NCBI RefSeq assembly: GCF_001194135.2
Contig: NC_068981.1
Coordinates: 87,188,465-87,239,625, forward strand
DNA length: 51,161 nt
DNA from: Octopus bimaculoides
Taxonomy: Eukaryota
Direction: 5' to 3'
In this document: positions 1 to 12,125 of the stretch, one piece after another
Numbering within the stretch: the stretch's first letter is position 1
Layout: each line of letters starts with the position of its first letter
Made by a program: the position numbers and the translations under genes
Notes under the pieces: generated by a model
What the model saw: only the letters and a program-made list of their open reading frames with translations
Database searches by the model: none
Told to the model about the DNA's origin: nothing

Positions 1-43
<43 letters not shown>

Positions 44-428
44 TATATATATAACTTAATTAGCAGAAGTTGCAAAATGACTCAAGAGCCAAGAGCCTCG
101 AACATGGCACTTACCAAACACACTTCAGATCTGACAACTTACCTGATAAAATAATGGAACAGATATAATCAGTTAAAACTCATGGAGGTGATGCCCCAAT
201 ATAACCACAGTACAAAAGCTGAAACTACTGACAGAACAGAATAATATGGATTTCCAAACTTTTGTTGAGGCCCTTGGAAAATAAATGAACACCACAGATT
301 TTTGTATTTCTCTCTCTCTCTCTCTCTTATATATATGAGGTCTTGTTCTTGTGTAGACAGGAAGTAATATTTATTTCCAAATGCAGTAGATTGCAAATTA
401 CTATAAATTACTATAAAGTAACACTCAC

Positions 429-585
429 GCATGTCTTTCCGATTTGTGAATAGCTATCAATTGCAGGAACACGGTCAAGTAGATCCATTATTCTTGCTGC
501 TGAAATTTTGACCTTAGCAAAATCTGGTGCCATGGCACCAACCTGTCCAAGTGCAAAGGCCCCAAAGACAATGGTTCCAAATACT
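429..585 (-). CDS. ABCB1: ABCB1-like exon, TM12 (157 nt, phase 2-0)
   Basis: attttcag|A GTA...TGC|gtgagt. Translates VFGTIVFGAFALGQVGAMAPDFAKVKISAARIMDLLDRVPAIDSYSQIGKTC. No NBD2 exon follows inside the window. Confidence 0.98.
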
Positions 586-827
586 CTGAAAATTTGTGGA
601 AAGAAAATTCAGATTGACAATCAAGAAACTAAATGAGTTCTGTTGACAATAAAAGAAAGGAAGGTACTGTATCATACAATTATAAATAAACTCTTAGAAA
701 TAACAAAAAATTACAATAAGTCTGTGCTTTCCCTTTATTTACCTGTATATATATTTTGTATATCAAACTTGTGCGGTTTCATTTGTTTATTCACATAATT
801 GTATCTCTCTATATATATATGCATATA

Positions 828-894
<67 letters not shown>

Positions 895-897
<3 letters not shown>

Positions 898-1950
898 TGT
901 ACTCCACCACTGCTTGACAACTGATGTGGGTTCATGTCCTTGTAACTTAGCAGTTTGGTGAAAGGAGAGATAAGATAAGTACCACATTTATAAAAATATA
1001 TATGTATGGTTTGATCAATAAGTATCCATAGTAATGAAGCTAAAGCAAGCAGAGTGAAGCTGCTTGGCACAGATTGACCTTGAACTCTGCTGTGCCAGCA
1101 AACTAAGTTTTAATGTTCTAGCTCACTTCTCCTGTTTACATCAGTGTTGGGAAGGAAGATGTGATCATGTGATCATCACATTGACCATGACAGAGAAAGT
1201 TGAACAGAAAATCTGCATCAAATTTTGCCAAAAGCTTGGTGATACCTGCTCAGAGGCCTATGTAAAGTTTTCAAAAAGTTTTCATCATTCTTGACACAAT
1301 CAAAGAGATCTTGTGCTACTGAAACCGGAGTATCTTTTTGGTCAACTGAAAGCAGTTTTGGCACAAACTTAGCAGATATGTGTCTCATACCCAAATCTTC
1401 AGTGATAACGGACTGAACTGAACCATAACTAATCTGCACATCCTCTGATAGCTCGTGGTTGGTGATTCAAAAATTTTCCCTCACAGCTGCATGCACATCA
1501 GTGATGTTTTTCTCAGTTCTGCTGGTTGCAGGTCTCCCAGAACGTTCATCAATATTGACATGTTTTCGGCCATCTTGGAAACATCTGAACCATTCATAAA
1601 CTCCTCTCCATACACTTTCTGCAACTTTGTGTAGGTCTCTGAGCAGGTATTACCATAACAACTTTCTCTGTCATGGTCAATGCAATGATCACACACTACA
1701 CACCTCCCTTCCAAGCCCTGCTGTAAACAGTGGAAGGGAGCTAGAACATTAAAACTTAGCACGCATGCACAGCAAAGTTCAAGGTCACTCTGCATTCTTT
1801 CACTTTGTTACTATGGCAACAATCCAGATACTTATTGATCAGACCTCGTATAACTGTTGGGATCAACTTGTTTGAGTAAACCTTCAAGCCAGGGCCCCAG
1901 CATGGCTGCAGTCCAATGACTGAAAGAAGCAAAAGTCAAGGATAAAAATA
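895..1950 (+). mobile_element. SINE family A, 3' half, split by the mariner element (895-1002 and 1851-1950)
   Basis: ccaccactgcttgacaac...gtaacttagc motif, then the tail ccccagcatggctgcagtccaatgactgaaa. Confidence 0.75.
1003..1850. mobile_element. Mariner-derived non-autonomous element made of two convergent 5' halves
   Basis: TIR tacgaggtctgatcaataagtatc reading leftward from 1850, degenerate copy at ~1003. Plus arm encodes MTEKVEQKICIKFCQKLG; minus arm encodes the same N-terminus through LGMRHISAKFVPKLL. Inserted into a SINE. Confidence 0.8.
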
Positions 1951-2188
1951 TACATACATACACACATATATACATACATACACAAACACACCTACATACA
2001 CACACACACACATACACATACATACATTCATACAAACATACATACATACATACATATATACATACATACATACATACATACATACATACATGCATACATA
2101 CACAAATAATACATGTATGCGTCATATGTACATACAATATAAATTGTAGCAATTTTTATTACTAAGAAATAAACAAAATGTTGCTTAC

Positions 2189-2329
2189 TTCAATAAATCC
2201 ACAAAGTCCATTTCACATTTTGTAATTAATAAAGCTCCAACATAGAAGGCACCAGCATAACACAGAAACACAACTGACTGTGAGAAGGAAAAAGCTATTC
2301 CAACTTTAAATGCTCCTTTTTTATTATTC
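2189..2329 (-). CDS. ABCB1: ABCB1-like exon, TM11 (141 nt, phase 2-2)
   Basis: cttttcag|G AAT...TTG AA|gtaagc. Translates NNKKGAFKVGIAFSFSQSVVFLCYAGAFYVGALLITKCEMDFVDLL(K). Confidence 0.97.
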
Positions 2330-2444
2330 CTGAAAAGACATTGACAGAAACATGCATGTAGCTGAAACAGTGGAATTTCAACATCAACAGGGTATTTTTG
2401 TTTGTATGTATGTATGTATGTATGTATGTATGTATGTATTATTC

Positions 2445-2855
2445 TCTTATTCTTTTATTCTTTTACTTGTTTCAGTCATTTGACTGCGGCCATGCTGGAG
2501 CACCGCCTTTAGTCGAATCAAATCGACCCCAGGACTTATTCTTTGTAAGCCTAGTACTTATTCTATCGGTCTCTTTTTGCCGAACCGCTAAGTTACAGGG
2601 ACCTAAACACACCAGCATCGGTTGTCAAGCGATATTGGGGGGACAAACACAGATACACAACATATACACACATACATATATATATACATATATACAACGG
2701 GCTTCTTTCAGTTTCCGTCTACCAAATCCACTCACAAGGCTTTGGTCAGCCCGAGGCTGTAGTAGAAGACACTTGCCCAAGGTGCCATGCAAGGGGACTG
2801 AACCCGGAACCATGTGGTTGGTAAGCAAGCTACTTACCACACAGCCACTCCTGCG
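2445..2855 (-). mobile_element. SINE family A (tRNA-derived head, CORE-like segment, internal microsatellite, CR1-like tail), near full length
   Basis: A box TGGCTGTGTGG, B box GGTTCAGTCCC, segment caccttgggcaagtgtcttctac, tail cagcatggccgcagtcaaatgactgaaacaagtaaaaag. The CORE assignment is from memory of MIR/OR2. Confidence 0.85.
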
Positions 2856-2864
2856 CCTATGTAT

Positions 2865-2895
<31 letters not shown>

Positions 2896-3235
2896 TGTCA
2901 AGTCACTTATGAGGCTCACCTAAGTGCTACTGGTAACATGTAATCCAGTAAAACCTGTTGAATGGTCGGGTTGCCGGTGACTAAACTGGCACCCTCACCA
3001 GGCTATCCTGGTGAGGAGGGTTGCTAGAAACCCAGCAGGATTAAAAACAAGACCTGTGGAAAGGCTGGATGAACCTAGTGCAGGCTCAACGGCTGTCTAG
3101 CAATAGTACAGGTACACAGAAATTCCAATATGTGCTAATTGAGTTGCTATCAATTAAAGAATAACTATAATCCTCAATATGCTAAGAACAAAAATAAGCT
3201 AAAAGGAACAAACTGTAAGAAAATTACTCTCTTAC

Positions 3236-3336
3236 TCATAGGGAAGAATTATTTTGTCCAGGAATTTCTGATATATCTTCATTTCAATAGACAATGACAA
3301 TACAGTTTTGATATTCTGAAATGCTTCCATTGATAG
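3236..3336 (-). CDS. ABCB1: ABCB1-like exon, ICL4 (101 nt, phase 0-2)
   Basis: tatttccag|CTA...TAT GA|gtaaga. Translates LSMEAFQNIKTVLSLSIEMKIYQKFLDKIILPY(E). Confidence 0.96.
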
Positions 3337-3489
3337 CTGGAAATAAAAAAAAGAAATTAATAGTAATATTAAATACTGGTAATGGTGCTCAACATGCATC
3401 CTGTCAATAAATTTGCCTCCCATTTAAATGGCAAGGACTCTGCAAAGTGTTCTTGCAAAAATCATTGAATGATAAGCTTGTGCATTGCT

Positions 3490-5515
3490 GTTGTTGCTTT
3501 TATCATCATTATTATTATCATTCAGTAGCCTTATTTTTATAACGTGCTTTCACTGCACTACCAAGCGCAGCTCTGTGTGTCTCGGGTATGTGCTGTGGTT
3601 TGTTGTGATACTCTTATTTTCACTTTATTGAAAATGTTTGACGTAGGATGTGTGCAGTGCCTATTAGTGCTATTTTCTGTATGTTATATATATTTGTTAG
3701 TTCTGGTGTTTGTGTTATGTGTTTTTCTGAATATTTTTTTATCATACCTAATGTACCTATTATGACAGGTATTGTTTCTGTATTTAGACTCCACATTTAA
3801 GTTACCTCTATTTCCAGATTTTTGTATTTTGAAAATTTCTCCATTTCTTTTAGAGAAACGTCATCTATTGGTATTGTTAGAAAGCAACTCTATCTGGCCT
3901 ATTGGCCTTAATTTCTCTATCTGTGTGTATTGGCATATCCCATAGTATTGTTGCTTTCACATTTTCTGTGACTTTTTCTGGCGTGTGCCTATACCATCTT
4001 TTTTCTGTTGTTATTCCATATTGTTGGCATAGTTTCCAGTGTATGTAGGTCCCAAATCTGTCTTGTCTGTAAATATATTCCTTCTTAGCCAGGACTGGTC
4101 AGCCAGAGACAATATGATTTATTGTTTCTTGTCCATCTCCACATATTCTGCAGTTACTTGTTATGTTTCTTTTCATTATATGTTTTTGGTAATTTCTGGT
4201 GAGGAGGCTTTGGTCTTGTGCAGCAATTAAAAATCCTTCAGCTTCTGCTTTGAGTCCTGAGCTTCTCAGCCATTGTTGAGATTTTGCTTTGTCTACTCCT
4301 TTTGTATTTAGTTTAACCCAGTATTTGCCATGAAGGGGCTTTTCTTGCCATCGTTTTATCATGATCCATTGCTGTTCCAGTTTTAGTTTGGATTTCATTT
4401 GTTTTAAAGATTTTGTTGTTTCTTCTTTTTCTTCACAGCTGTTAGGTAGTTTGACTTTTTGTTTGTATTTGTCAGCTTCCTTGAAGATTGAAACAAATTT
4501 TTGTTTTGTTCATGTTTTGTGGCTATTTGTATTAGTTTCCCTTGCTTCTGAAGTAGGTATTTTTGTAGTCCTATGGTAGTTATTTTGTAATAGTTTTCTA
4601 GCTGTATAAGGCCTCAACCACCTTCTGTACGTTGGGGTGGTGCATCCAAAATCCTGTCTAGTTCATTTAGTGTCCAGTTAAGGATATTGTAGCTATAACT
4701 TATAACTGGGACAGCTTGAGTGTTGATACCTATTATCTTGTTTTTTTTTTGCATTGAGCTCTGTTTTCAGTATTAATCTAACTCATCTATAGTATTCTTT
4801 TTTTATTTTCTTTCATTTGTGTATGTTATATCATATCTAGTTCATTGATCCCTAAATATTTATATGTCTGGCTTTGGTCTAATTCTCTTATTTCATTTGC
4901 TTTATCTAGTGTGATGTTGCTACACTTAACTAGTTTTCCTCTTTTCAAGGTTGCTTGAGAAAAATTTTTCTAAGCCAATTTTCATGTTTATTTCTTTGGT
5001 AAATCCATGTACTGTCTGTAGTATGTTTCCAGCTGCTTGTAGTGTACAGTTTTAGGTCATCCATATATAAGAGGTGGCTGATTGTTTTGCCGTAACAGTT
5101 GTATCTGCATCCAGTTCTGTTTAGCATATCAGATAAAGTGTCAGTGCTAAGCAGAAAAGGAGAGGAGAAAGAGCGTGTCTCCCTGGAATATTCCTCTTCT
5201 AATGGGGATGGCTTTTGGTTTTTATGAGTCTCTCTTTTGTCTGGAGCTGTAGCACTGTCTGTCGTTTATTCATGGAATGTGTCATATATTTTATGATTAT
5301 TGGTGCTACCTTGTTCATGGCTAGTGTTTCTAGGATCCATGTGTGTGGAATACTATCAAAAGCCTTTCGATAATCAATCCAGGCCATACTTAGACCCTTC
5401 TTCTTTCTGTGACTGTCTTCAATTGTGGCTTTATTGATTATTAGTTGATCTTCACAGCTGTATGATCCCTTGCAGCATCCCTCCTGCTCTTCTGGAAACA
5501 GCATAGAGGACACAA
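3490..5515 (-). mobile_element. R4/Dong-like RLE non-LTR retrotransposon, decayed 3' portion
   Basis: RT blocks AWIDYRKAFDSIPH, GDTLSPLLFCL and SHLLYMDDLKLY; motif EGFLIAAQDQSL; knuckle CRICG...ETINHIVSG; RLE motif PIHTDREIKANRPD; (TAA)n-like tail near 3500. Many frameshifts. Confidence 0.88.
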
Positions 5516-5887
5516 GTTAACCATTCAGAAACACATAAAGGCCGCTAACTTCACATAAACATTTATAGTTTATAATATGGTGTAAAAATTTTCATTGCTT
5601 AAAACTGCAATCTGGTCACTGACAAATGTGAAATGACTACAATTATGACAGATAAATATCTGTCATAATTGTAGTCAATTCAACCATCTTTATTCCCCTA
5701 TCACATTTCTATTAACAACAAACTATAAATATTTCCTTCGTTTTAGTCACCATTCTTATGTCTAAACGTTGCATTCTTTTATCTATTCTGATGACTCCTG
5801 TAACCAATAATTTCTGTGATTCTTTTTTTCATTTCATGTTATATTTAAAAGCAAAAAAAAAAAGAACAAATCAAAAATATTACTTAC

Positions 5888-6091
5888 TTTAGTTGCCTCC
5901 TCAAGGGCAGAAGCACCTTGACTGAGTGTATTTGTCAGCAATTTAGTTTCAAGTACAGCTGACAAAGCAAGAATGGGCAAGAAACCAATAATGAGTAATG
6001 CTAATTGCCATCCATATATAAAGGCAACCACAATTCCAGATCCAATGTTTGTAATGCTCTGTACAAGAAGTCCTATTTTTATTCCAGTGGC
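5888..6091 (-). CDS. ABCB1: ABCB1-like exon, TM9-TM10 (204 nt)
   Basis: ttgaatcag|GCC...AAA|gtaagt. Translates ATGIKIGLLVQSITNIGSGIVVAFIYGWQLALLIIGFLPILALSAVLETKLLTNTLSQGASALEEATK. Confidence 0.98.
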
Positions 6092-6134
6092 CTGATTCAA
6101 AGAAATAAAATAGAAAAAGGAATTATTATGTGAT

Positions 6135-7080
6135 AATCATCATCATCATCATCATCATTATTTAACGTCTGTTGTCCATGTTGGCATGGTTTGGACAGTT
6201 TGATTGGGCTAGCATGTTGGAAGACTGCACCAGACTCCAGTCTGATTCGGCATGGTTTTCTGTGACTAGTTGCCCTTCCTAACACCAACCACTCCAAGAG
6301 TGTAATGAGTGCTTTTATGTGCTACCAGCACGTGTGCCATATGCATGACACCAGGGTATGTTAACGTGCCACTGGCACGGGTGCCAATTTGCAACACCAG
6401 TATCTGCCACAACTGCGATTTTGCTCGACTTAATGTGTCTTCTTCTCAAGCACAACATAATGCCATAGGTCTTGGTCATTGCCTCCATGAGGCCCAACAC
6501 TCGAAAAGAACTCAGCACTTTGCCTCCATGAGGCCAAACATTCAAAAGATGTTCTTTACATACCACCAGCACAGGTGCATTTGGCTTGACAGGTCCTCTC
6601 AAGCACAGCACATTGCCAAAGGTCTCGGTCATTTGTCATTGCCTCTGTGAGGCTCAAAGTTCAAAGATCATGCTTCACCACCTTGTCCCATATCTTCCTG
6701 GGTCTGCCTCTACCACAGGTTCCCTCCACAGTTAGAGATCAGCACTTCTTTACACAGCTGTCCTTGTTCATAAACATTACATGACCATACCAGCACAGTC
6801 ATCTCTCTTGCACACCACATCTGATTCCTCTTATGCCTAACTTTTCTCTCATGGTGCTTACACTCTGTCAAATATGCACACTGGCATTGCACATCTAGCA
6901 AAGCATACTGGCTTCATTTCTTTCAAGCCTACGCATGCCCTTGGCTATCATGTCCCATGTTTCATTGCCATGCAACATGGGTGTTTGCATACAGGTATCA
7001 AACAATCTGGATGGCACACTTAATCTACTGACCTGTTCAACACCATAGCCTAGCACTTTAAGTGCCTTTCACAGATCTAC
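6135..7080 (-). mobile_element. RTE-clade LINE 3' fragment with 3' UTR and (GAT)n tail
   Basis: Interrupted frame RNEASML...REKLGIRGIRCGVQER*LCWYGHVM...GRGRPRKIWDKVVKHDL. The UTR contains ttaggaagggca and ends gttaaataatgatgatgat. Confidence 0.88.
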
Positions 7081-7159
7081 TCTGTTACAAGCATTCAAAC
7101 CATGTCTCTAGCTTGATGGTCATTACCCTATCATCTGACTAAACACTGGACTAAACACT

Positions 7160-7306
7160 ATGTAGTTAAGAAGCTCTCTTTGCAACCACGTTGTTTCAAG
7201 TTCAGTCCTACTGCACAGCACCTTGAGCAAATACTTTCAAATACAGTCCCTTTCTGACCAATGCTTTGTCAGTGAAGTTGGCTAACAGAAGCTGTGTGGA
7301 AGCCCA

Positions 7307-7344
<38 letters not shown>

Positions 7345-7570
7345 ATCTTTTTGTAAGTGTCTGTCCTCCACCAACGTTTGACAATTGGTGTTGGTTTGTT
7401 TGTTTGTTCGTTACATCCTCATAACTTAGTAGATCAGTGAAAGGAGTAAGATAGAATAAGTTTCAAACTTGAAAATAAAATGCGCTGGGAGCAATTTGTT
7501 TGACTAAAGCTTTCAAGGCAGTACTCCAACATGACAACAGTCTAATGACTGAAACAAGATAAAGATATAC
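7160..7570 (+). mobile_element. SINE family A, diverged copy
   Basis: gttcagtcctactgcacagcaccttgagcaa...(TG)n...gtctaatgactgaaacaagataaag. Confidence 0.8.
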
Positions 7571-8366
7571 ACACATACACATGCACAGAAGTATACACAT
7601 ACACATACAAATATAGTAATACCTCATTTGACACAGACCCACTTTACGAGAACCTGGGTTTACAAGCTTTAGTTTTCAAGCACAAGATCCAAATTTTGAA
7701 CAAAGTTCAAAAGTTTCAACTACCGTAACAAATGTTTCTGTATGTTACCAAGAAATTTATAGAGAGTAAAAAAAAGCTTCTAAGCAAACAACTCTTGACA
7801 TGTTTTTTTAAAAAGAAATCTACAAATCCATCTACGAGTGCTTGTGAATTGGTGAGTACGTCCTACTAATGACGGTGTGCACAAATCTAGTGTGAGTGAA
7901 TGTGATTCAGAAAACAATTATAATAATATTTTTTATTATGAATGATCTTGGCATTATTTTAACTTTACATAAAATATTCTTTACATCCTACTGTTGTTTT
8001 ATTGCCATTTATTTACAAGTATTATAAATTTTATAAGTAAAATATTTTTCTGGGAGCAAATTACAATTTATAACATTGCTACTATGGGAAATTAACTCGT
8101 ATAATAAAGCATTACCTCATTAACTCATATATTGAGACATTACTGAAATATACATTAGCACATATATATTTTTGTAGCAATGTGTGTGTGTGTGTAGCAG
8201 AAGTAGAAGAGGAGAGGAGATGACGAAGAAAAAATTGATAATGATGATGATGAGTAGGAGGAGTAAGAGGAGGATATGAATTGACTAAGACTTTAAAATA
8301 TTCAGGAAGGTCCCTAATGTTAAACTATTTTATAAGGTTACTAAATCAGAAGCTTAAATGACTTAC

Positions 8367-8450
8367 CCCTTTCACTCGAGCAGAATCAACTGATAAACGT
8401 GTACACAGAACTCCAGTATTGTTGAGTTCTTCATCAAACCAGGATATTTC
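8367..8450 (-). CDS. ABCB1: ABCB1-like exon, ICL3 (84 nt)
   Basis: ttttaaag|GAA...GGG|gtaagt. Translates EISWFDEELNNTGVLCTRLSVDSARVKG (WFD...N.TG.L.TRL motif). Confidence 0.98.
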
Positions 8451-8585
8451 CTTTAAAATAGATATAAAGTTATTCAATTTAGTTTTTAATCATCACATAT
8501 CTATAATGCAAATTTTTGCATATGTCTGTATGGATGTGTTATATATATATGTATATATGTATGTATATATATATGTATATATGTG

Positions 8586-8636
<51 letters not shown>

Positions 8637-8839
8637 ATATACTTGTATGTGTATATATATATATGTATATATGCTTGTATGTGTGTATATATATATATAT
8701 GTGTGTGTGTATACATATGTGTATATATATATATATATGTATATGTATATATGTATATATATATGTGCATATATATATNNNNNNNNNNNNNNNNNNNNNN
8801 NNNNNNNNNNNNNNNNNNNNNNNNNNNNNNNNNNNNATA

Positions 8840-9140
8840 TAATACAAAGTAAATATCATAAGATCAAGATAATAAAACGACTACACATGTTTCATAACCA
8901 ATTTTCAAATAGAAAGAAAATTTAAATCGATTAAAATCGATTAAAACTATCGAAAGTCAATTCTATTCAAAAATATAGCTAATCTTCAGGTCAAAATACA
9001 ACAATAATAATAATTAAAGAATGTATATATCAACCAACAATAAATAACAAATGAATGTATATAAAATACTTATTATATTAAGATAGAAAAATATTATTAA
9101 AAATATCAAAATTATAAACATTCCATAATCAACCCTACGT
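8840..9140 (-). repeat. AT-rich dispersed repeat (HHR-bearing, Penelope terminal-like); second copy at ~39620-39920
   Basis: About 300 bp align closely with ~39620-39920; a more distant relative lies at 13620-13900. Confidence 0.8.
8879..8992 (-). ncRNA. Long-stem-II hammerhead motif, degenerate
   Basis: GAC-CTGAAGA-TTAGCTA...TGGTTAT-GAAA-CATGT-GTA^GTC. Core present, but the pair closing stem II is T-T. Confidence 0.6.
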
Positions 9141-9608
9141 TCATTATAATACAAGCTAACAGGAATATTATTTGCAAAAACCAACTTAATGATTTTTTCG
9201 TTTAAAATACAATTTCAACGAAGTTTTAGGTTAAAATAATAAAGATAGAATTAGCACATATCTAAACGACGCAATAGTTTAAGCTAGAAGATTTTAGACT
9301 AAAAACGTTTATTTCAAAGAAGTCTAGTGAAAATATTGCGTAAAGAAAAGTAATAGAAATAAAAATATGAATGAAAATGTTATTATGAATGAAAGATTAA
9401 ACTTTATATAACTTAAGTCATAATAAAACAATTAGCGATATTGTATAATCAAAGAAATTAAATAAAAAGACTAGTTATTTATCGCATAAAATAGAAATAA
9501 ATATTAAACAGTATTAATGGAAAAAATTGAACCCTAATCTAATCGAAGTCTTAGTTTAGGCTAAGATGATACTCTTACTTCTAATTAATTTAGTGTTAAA
9601 ATTACATT

Positions 9609-11830
9609 ACAGTAATGTCTCAATATACGAGTTTGAACTGCAGCAACTTATTGATAAGTATCGCTTTTAACTTTGTTAAATGACTTTATATCATTGTTTG
9701 AAAAAATATGTATTTTTATATTATTCAATTGATTTTTAATGATAATTTTAGTCGATACCTTTTTTAACACTAAATTAATTATTTTTTGCCCCCCATAGCT
9801 CCTAAGAAAATTAATAATGAAAGGGCTAAGCGTCATGTTATAACGCTGGGAGATAAACTGGCTACGATAAAATGCCATGAAAAATGTGAAAAGTGGTAGC
9901 AATTGCAGTGGGACAACTGTATCGACGATTGTACATAATAAGGACAAGATTTTACCACATATCAAATCTAAAGCCCCAGTGATGAAGAGGCAAAATCTTT
10001 GAATAAATGGAAAGTCTTCTTTCTCTTTGGATTGTTAGATTGAATCGTCAGCGTGCTACTATTATTCAAGAAATCATTCAAGAGAAAGCGTGGTATTTGT
10101 TTGAGGACCTGAAGAAAAACTATCCAGATGAGAAAGATGTAGAGTTCAAGGCAAGTCAAGGATGATTCATGAGATTTAAGGAGCAAAGAAGTTATCACTC
10201 CATTAAGAAGCAAGGTGAAAGTGCATCAGCTGACGAACAAGCAGCAGCGGAATTTCCTAATGCATTAAAGAAAATCATCGGAAAACGGTTTTCTTCCCGA
10301 ACAGATTTTTAATGTAGACAAAACTGGATTGTATTGGAAAAAATTGCCAGACCATTTATTCATTTCCAAGGAGAAGAAAACTATCCCAGGCTACAAGGTC
10401 TCGAAAGAACGTGTGACCGTTATGTTGGGAGGTAATTGTGCAGGACATTTTAAGTTAAAGACATTACTTGTGTATCATGCACACAACCCTCGTGCCCAGA
10501 AGAACATACTCAAGACATTTCTCCCTGTTATATGGATGGCTAATTCAAAAGCGTGGGTTACTGTTGTTGTTTTTGAAGATTGGTTATTCAATCATTCTAT
10601 CCCAGCAGCAGAGAAGTACTGTAAGAAGGGGATTCCTTTAAAGGTTTTATTTATCTCAGATAATGCTCTTCGTCACCTGCAAAGCATCGTAGATTTTGAC
10701 ACCAACGTTACTGTTCTATACCTCCCTCCGAACACCACATCTCTTCTGCAGCCAATGGATCAGGGAATAATTGCTATCTTCAAGCATTACTATATGAAGC
10801 GTACTCTGCGGCAAGCAATAGCTGCAACTGATCTTGATGAATCCATCACACTTCGTGACTTTTGGAAGAGATACATACGATATCTACAAGGTTGTACAGA
10901 ACATAGCAGCAGCATGGAATGATGCACAGAGCACATTTATGAATGGTGTATGGCAGAAACTATGCCCGCAATTCGTGTATGATTTTAAGGGGTTTGATAA
11001 TGTTGCCATCAACAAAACGTCGGTGATTACGAGCAAAGAACTGGAAATGGATTTGGAGGAGAGGATTTCATAGATTTATTTGAAAAAGACAAGCAGCCCC
11101 TGACGAACGAGGATTTTATGGAGCTTCACGAGCAGTAAAATAAAGAAGAGGAAGCCGAACCTGAATCACATCACTTTACCATTAAGAAAATGCAACAAGC
11201 ATTTGCATATATCGACAAAGGTTTTTCTATGTTCGAGGATATGGATCAAAATGCTCAGCGCTTTTCAAAGATTATAGGAGCTTTTGCTCCTTATAATGTA
11301 ATCCTTGAGGAAAAGAAGAAGACAGTTCAAGGAACTCTCAACCGGTTTTTTAAGCTCTTTGAACAAGAACAACCAGAGTTATTGATGTTGACGATCCACA
11401 GCTATCTACATCTGCGATGTAAACCACCAAATTGTATTACGCATTGGTAAATTTGAAATAATTTTGTTTTTTTCACTACTGCAAAATAATAATAATTACT
11501 GAATTTGTTTTTTAAGCTTAAAAGGCTTTTATTTTAACAGGTCTTATTGCAAATCGCATTCATAAATAAACCGTCCGCGATGTATGGTAAATACTGCCAA
11601 ATTGTATTCGTAAATTTAGATTACATTTTTTTTAGTGTATTAAAAGATAAAAATTATTTGTTTGTAAGCTTAAAATAGGTTTTTATTAAATATGGACTAT
11701 TGAAAATGCATTCATGAATAAAGTACAGAACTGGGAATGGCTATTATCGGTTTAGCCTAGAGATAAGTTAATTCGACTTAAGTCGTGTCTCCTGGAACCA
11801 ATTAATGATGTAGGGTGAGCTCTGCCTGTG
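9609..11830 (+). mobile_element. Tigger/pogo DNA transposon, near full-length pseudogenised transposase
   Basis: HTH/CENP-B block FKASQG*FMRFK; DDE blocks QIFNVDKTGLYWK, KERVTVMLGGN, DNA and FLPPNTTSLLQPMDQGII-like. Stops and frameshifts; ends approximate. Confidence 0.92.
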
Positions 11831-12080
11831 TATATATATATATATATATATATAATTTAGAGAAGAACCACCATTGTACAATCCAGACAATGAAAGACCC
11901 CCATGACACCATCCAGAAAAAAATACTAATCTAAGAATTCAATAAAGCATAAAAAGTAAATAATAGTATATTGTTGTTGTACTCAGGGATGGTCATATTG
12001 CCAGTTTAGCCAATAAAAACATACGCACTGTATATTTGGTGTTAATTTGCTTCAGCTTTATATTACATTAATCTTATTTC

Positions 12081-12125
12081 GGCCAGAGTTCTTTCGTCAC
12101 ACTTCTGTGACCTCATCAGTGGTCC
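12081..12125 (-). ncRNA. Minimal type-I hammerhead ribozyme motif, intact core (Penelope-type)
   Basis: GGACCA-CTGATGA-G-GTCACA(GAAG)TGTGAC-GAAA-GAAC-TC^TGGCC. Perfect 6-bp stem II; stem I GG(A)CCA/TGGCC; 2-bp stem III; NUH = CUC. Confidence 0.85.

Noticed and set aside
2790-2855. tRNA gene-like A and B boxes (also ~49680-49775)
   Set aside because: These are SINE heads; no cloverleaf can be formed.
2900-3110. GC-richer segment with a perfect 9-bp hairpin (ctcaccagg-ctat-cctggtgag), considered as an HDV-like ribozyme of a non-LTR 5' UTR
   Set aside because: I could not build P1 and P3 consistently on either strand by eye; left unclassified.
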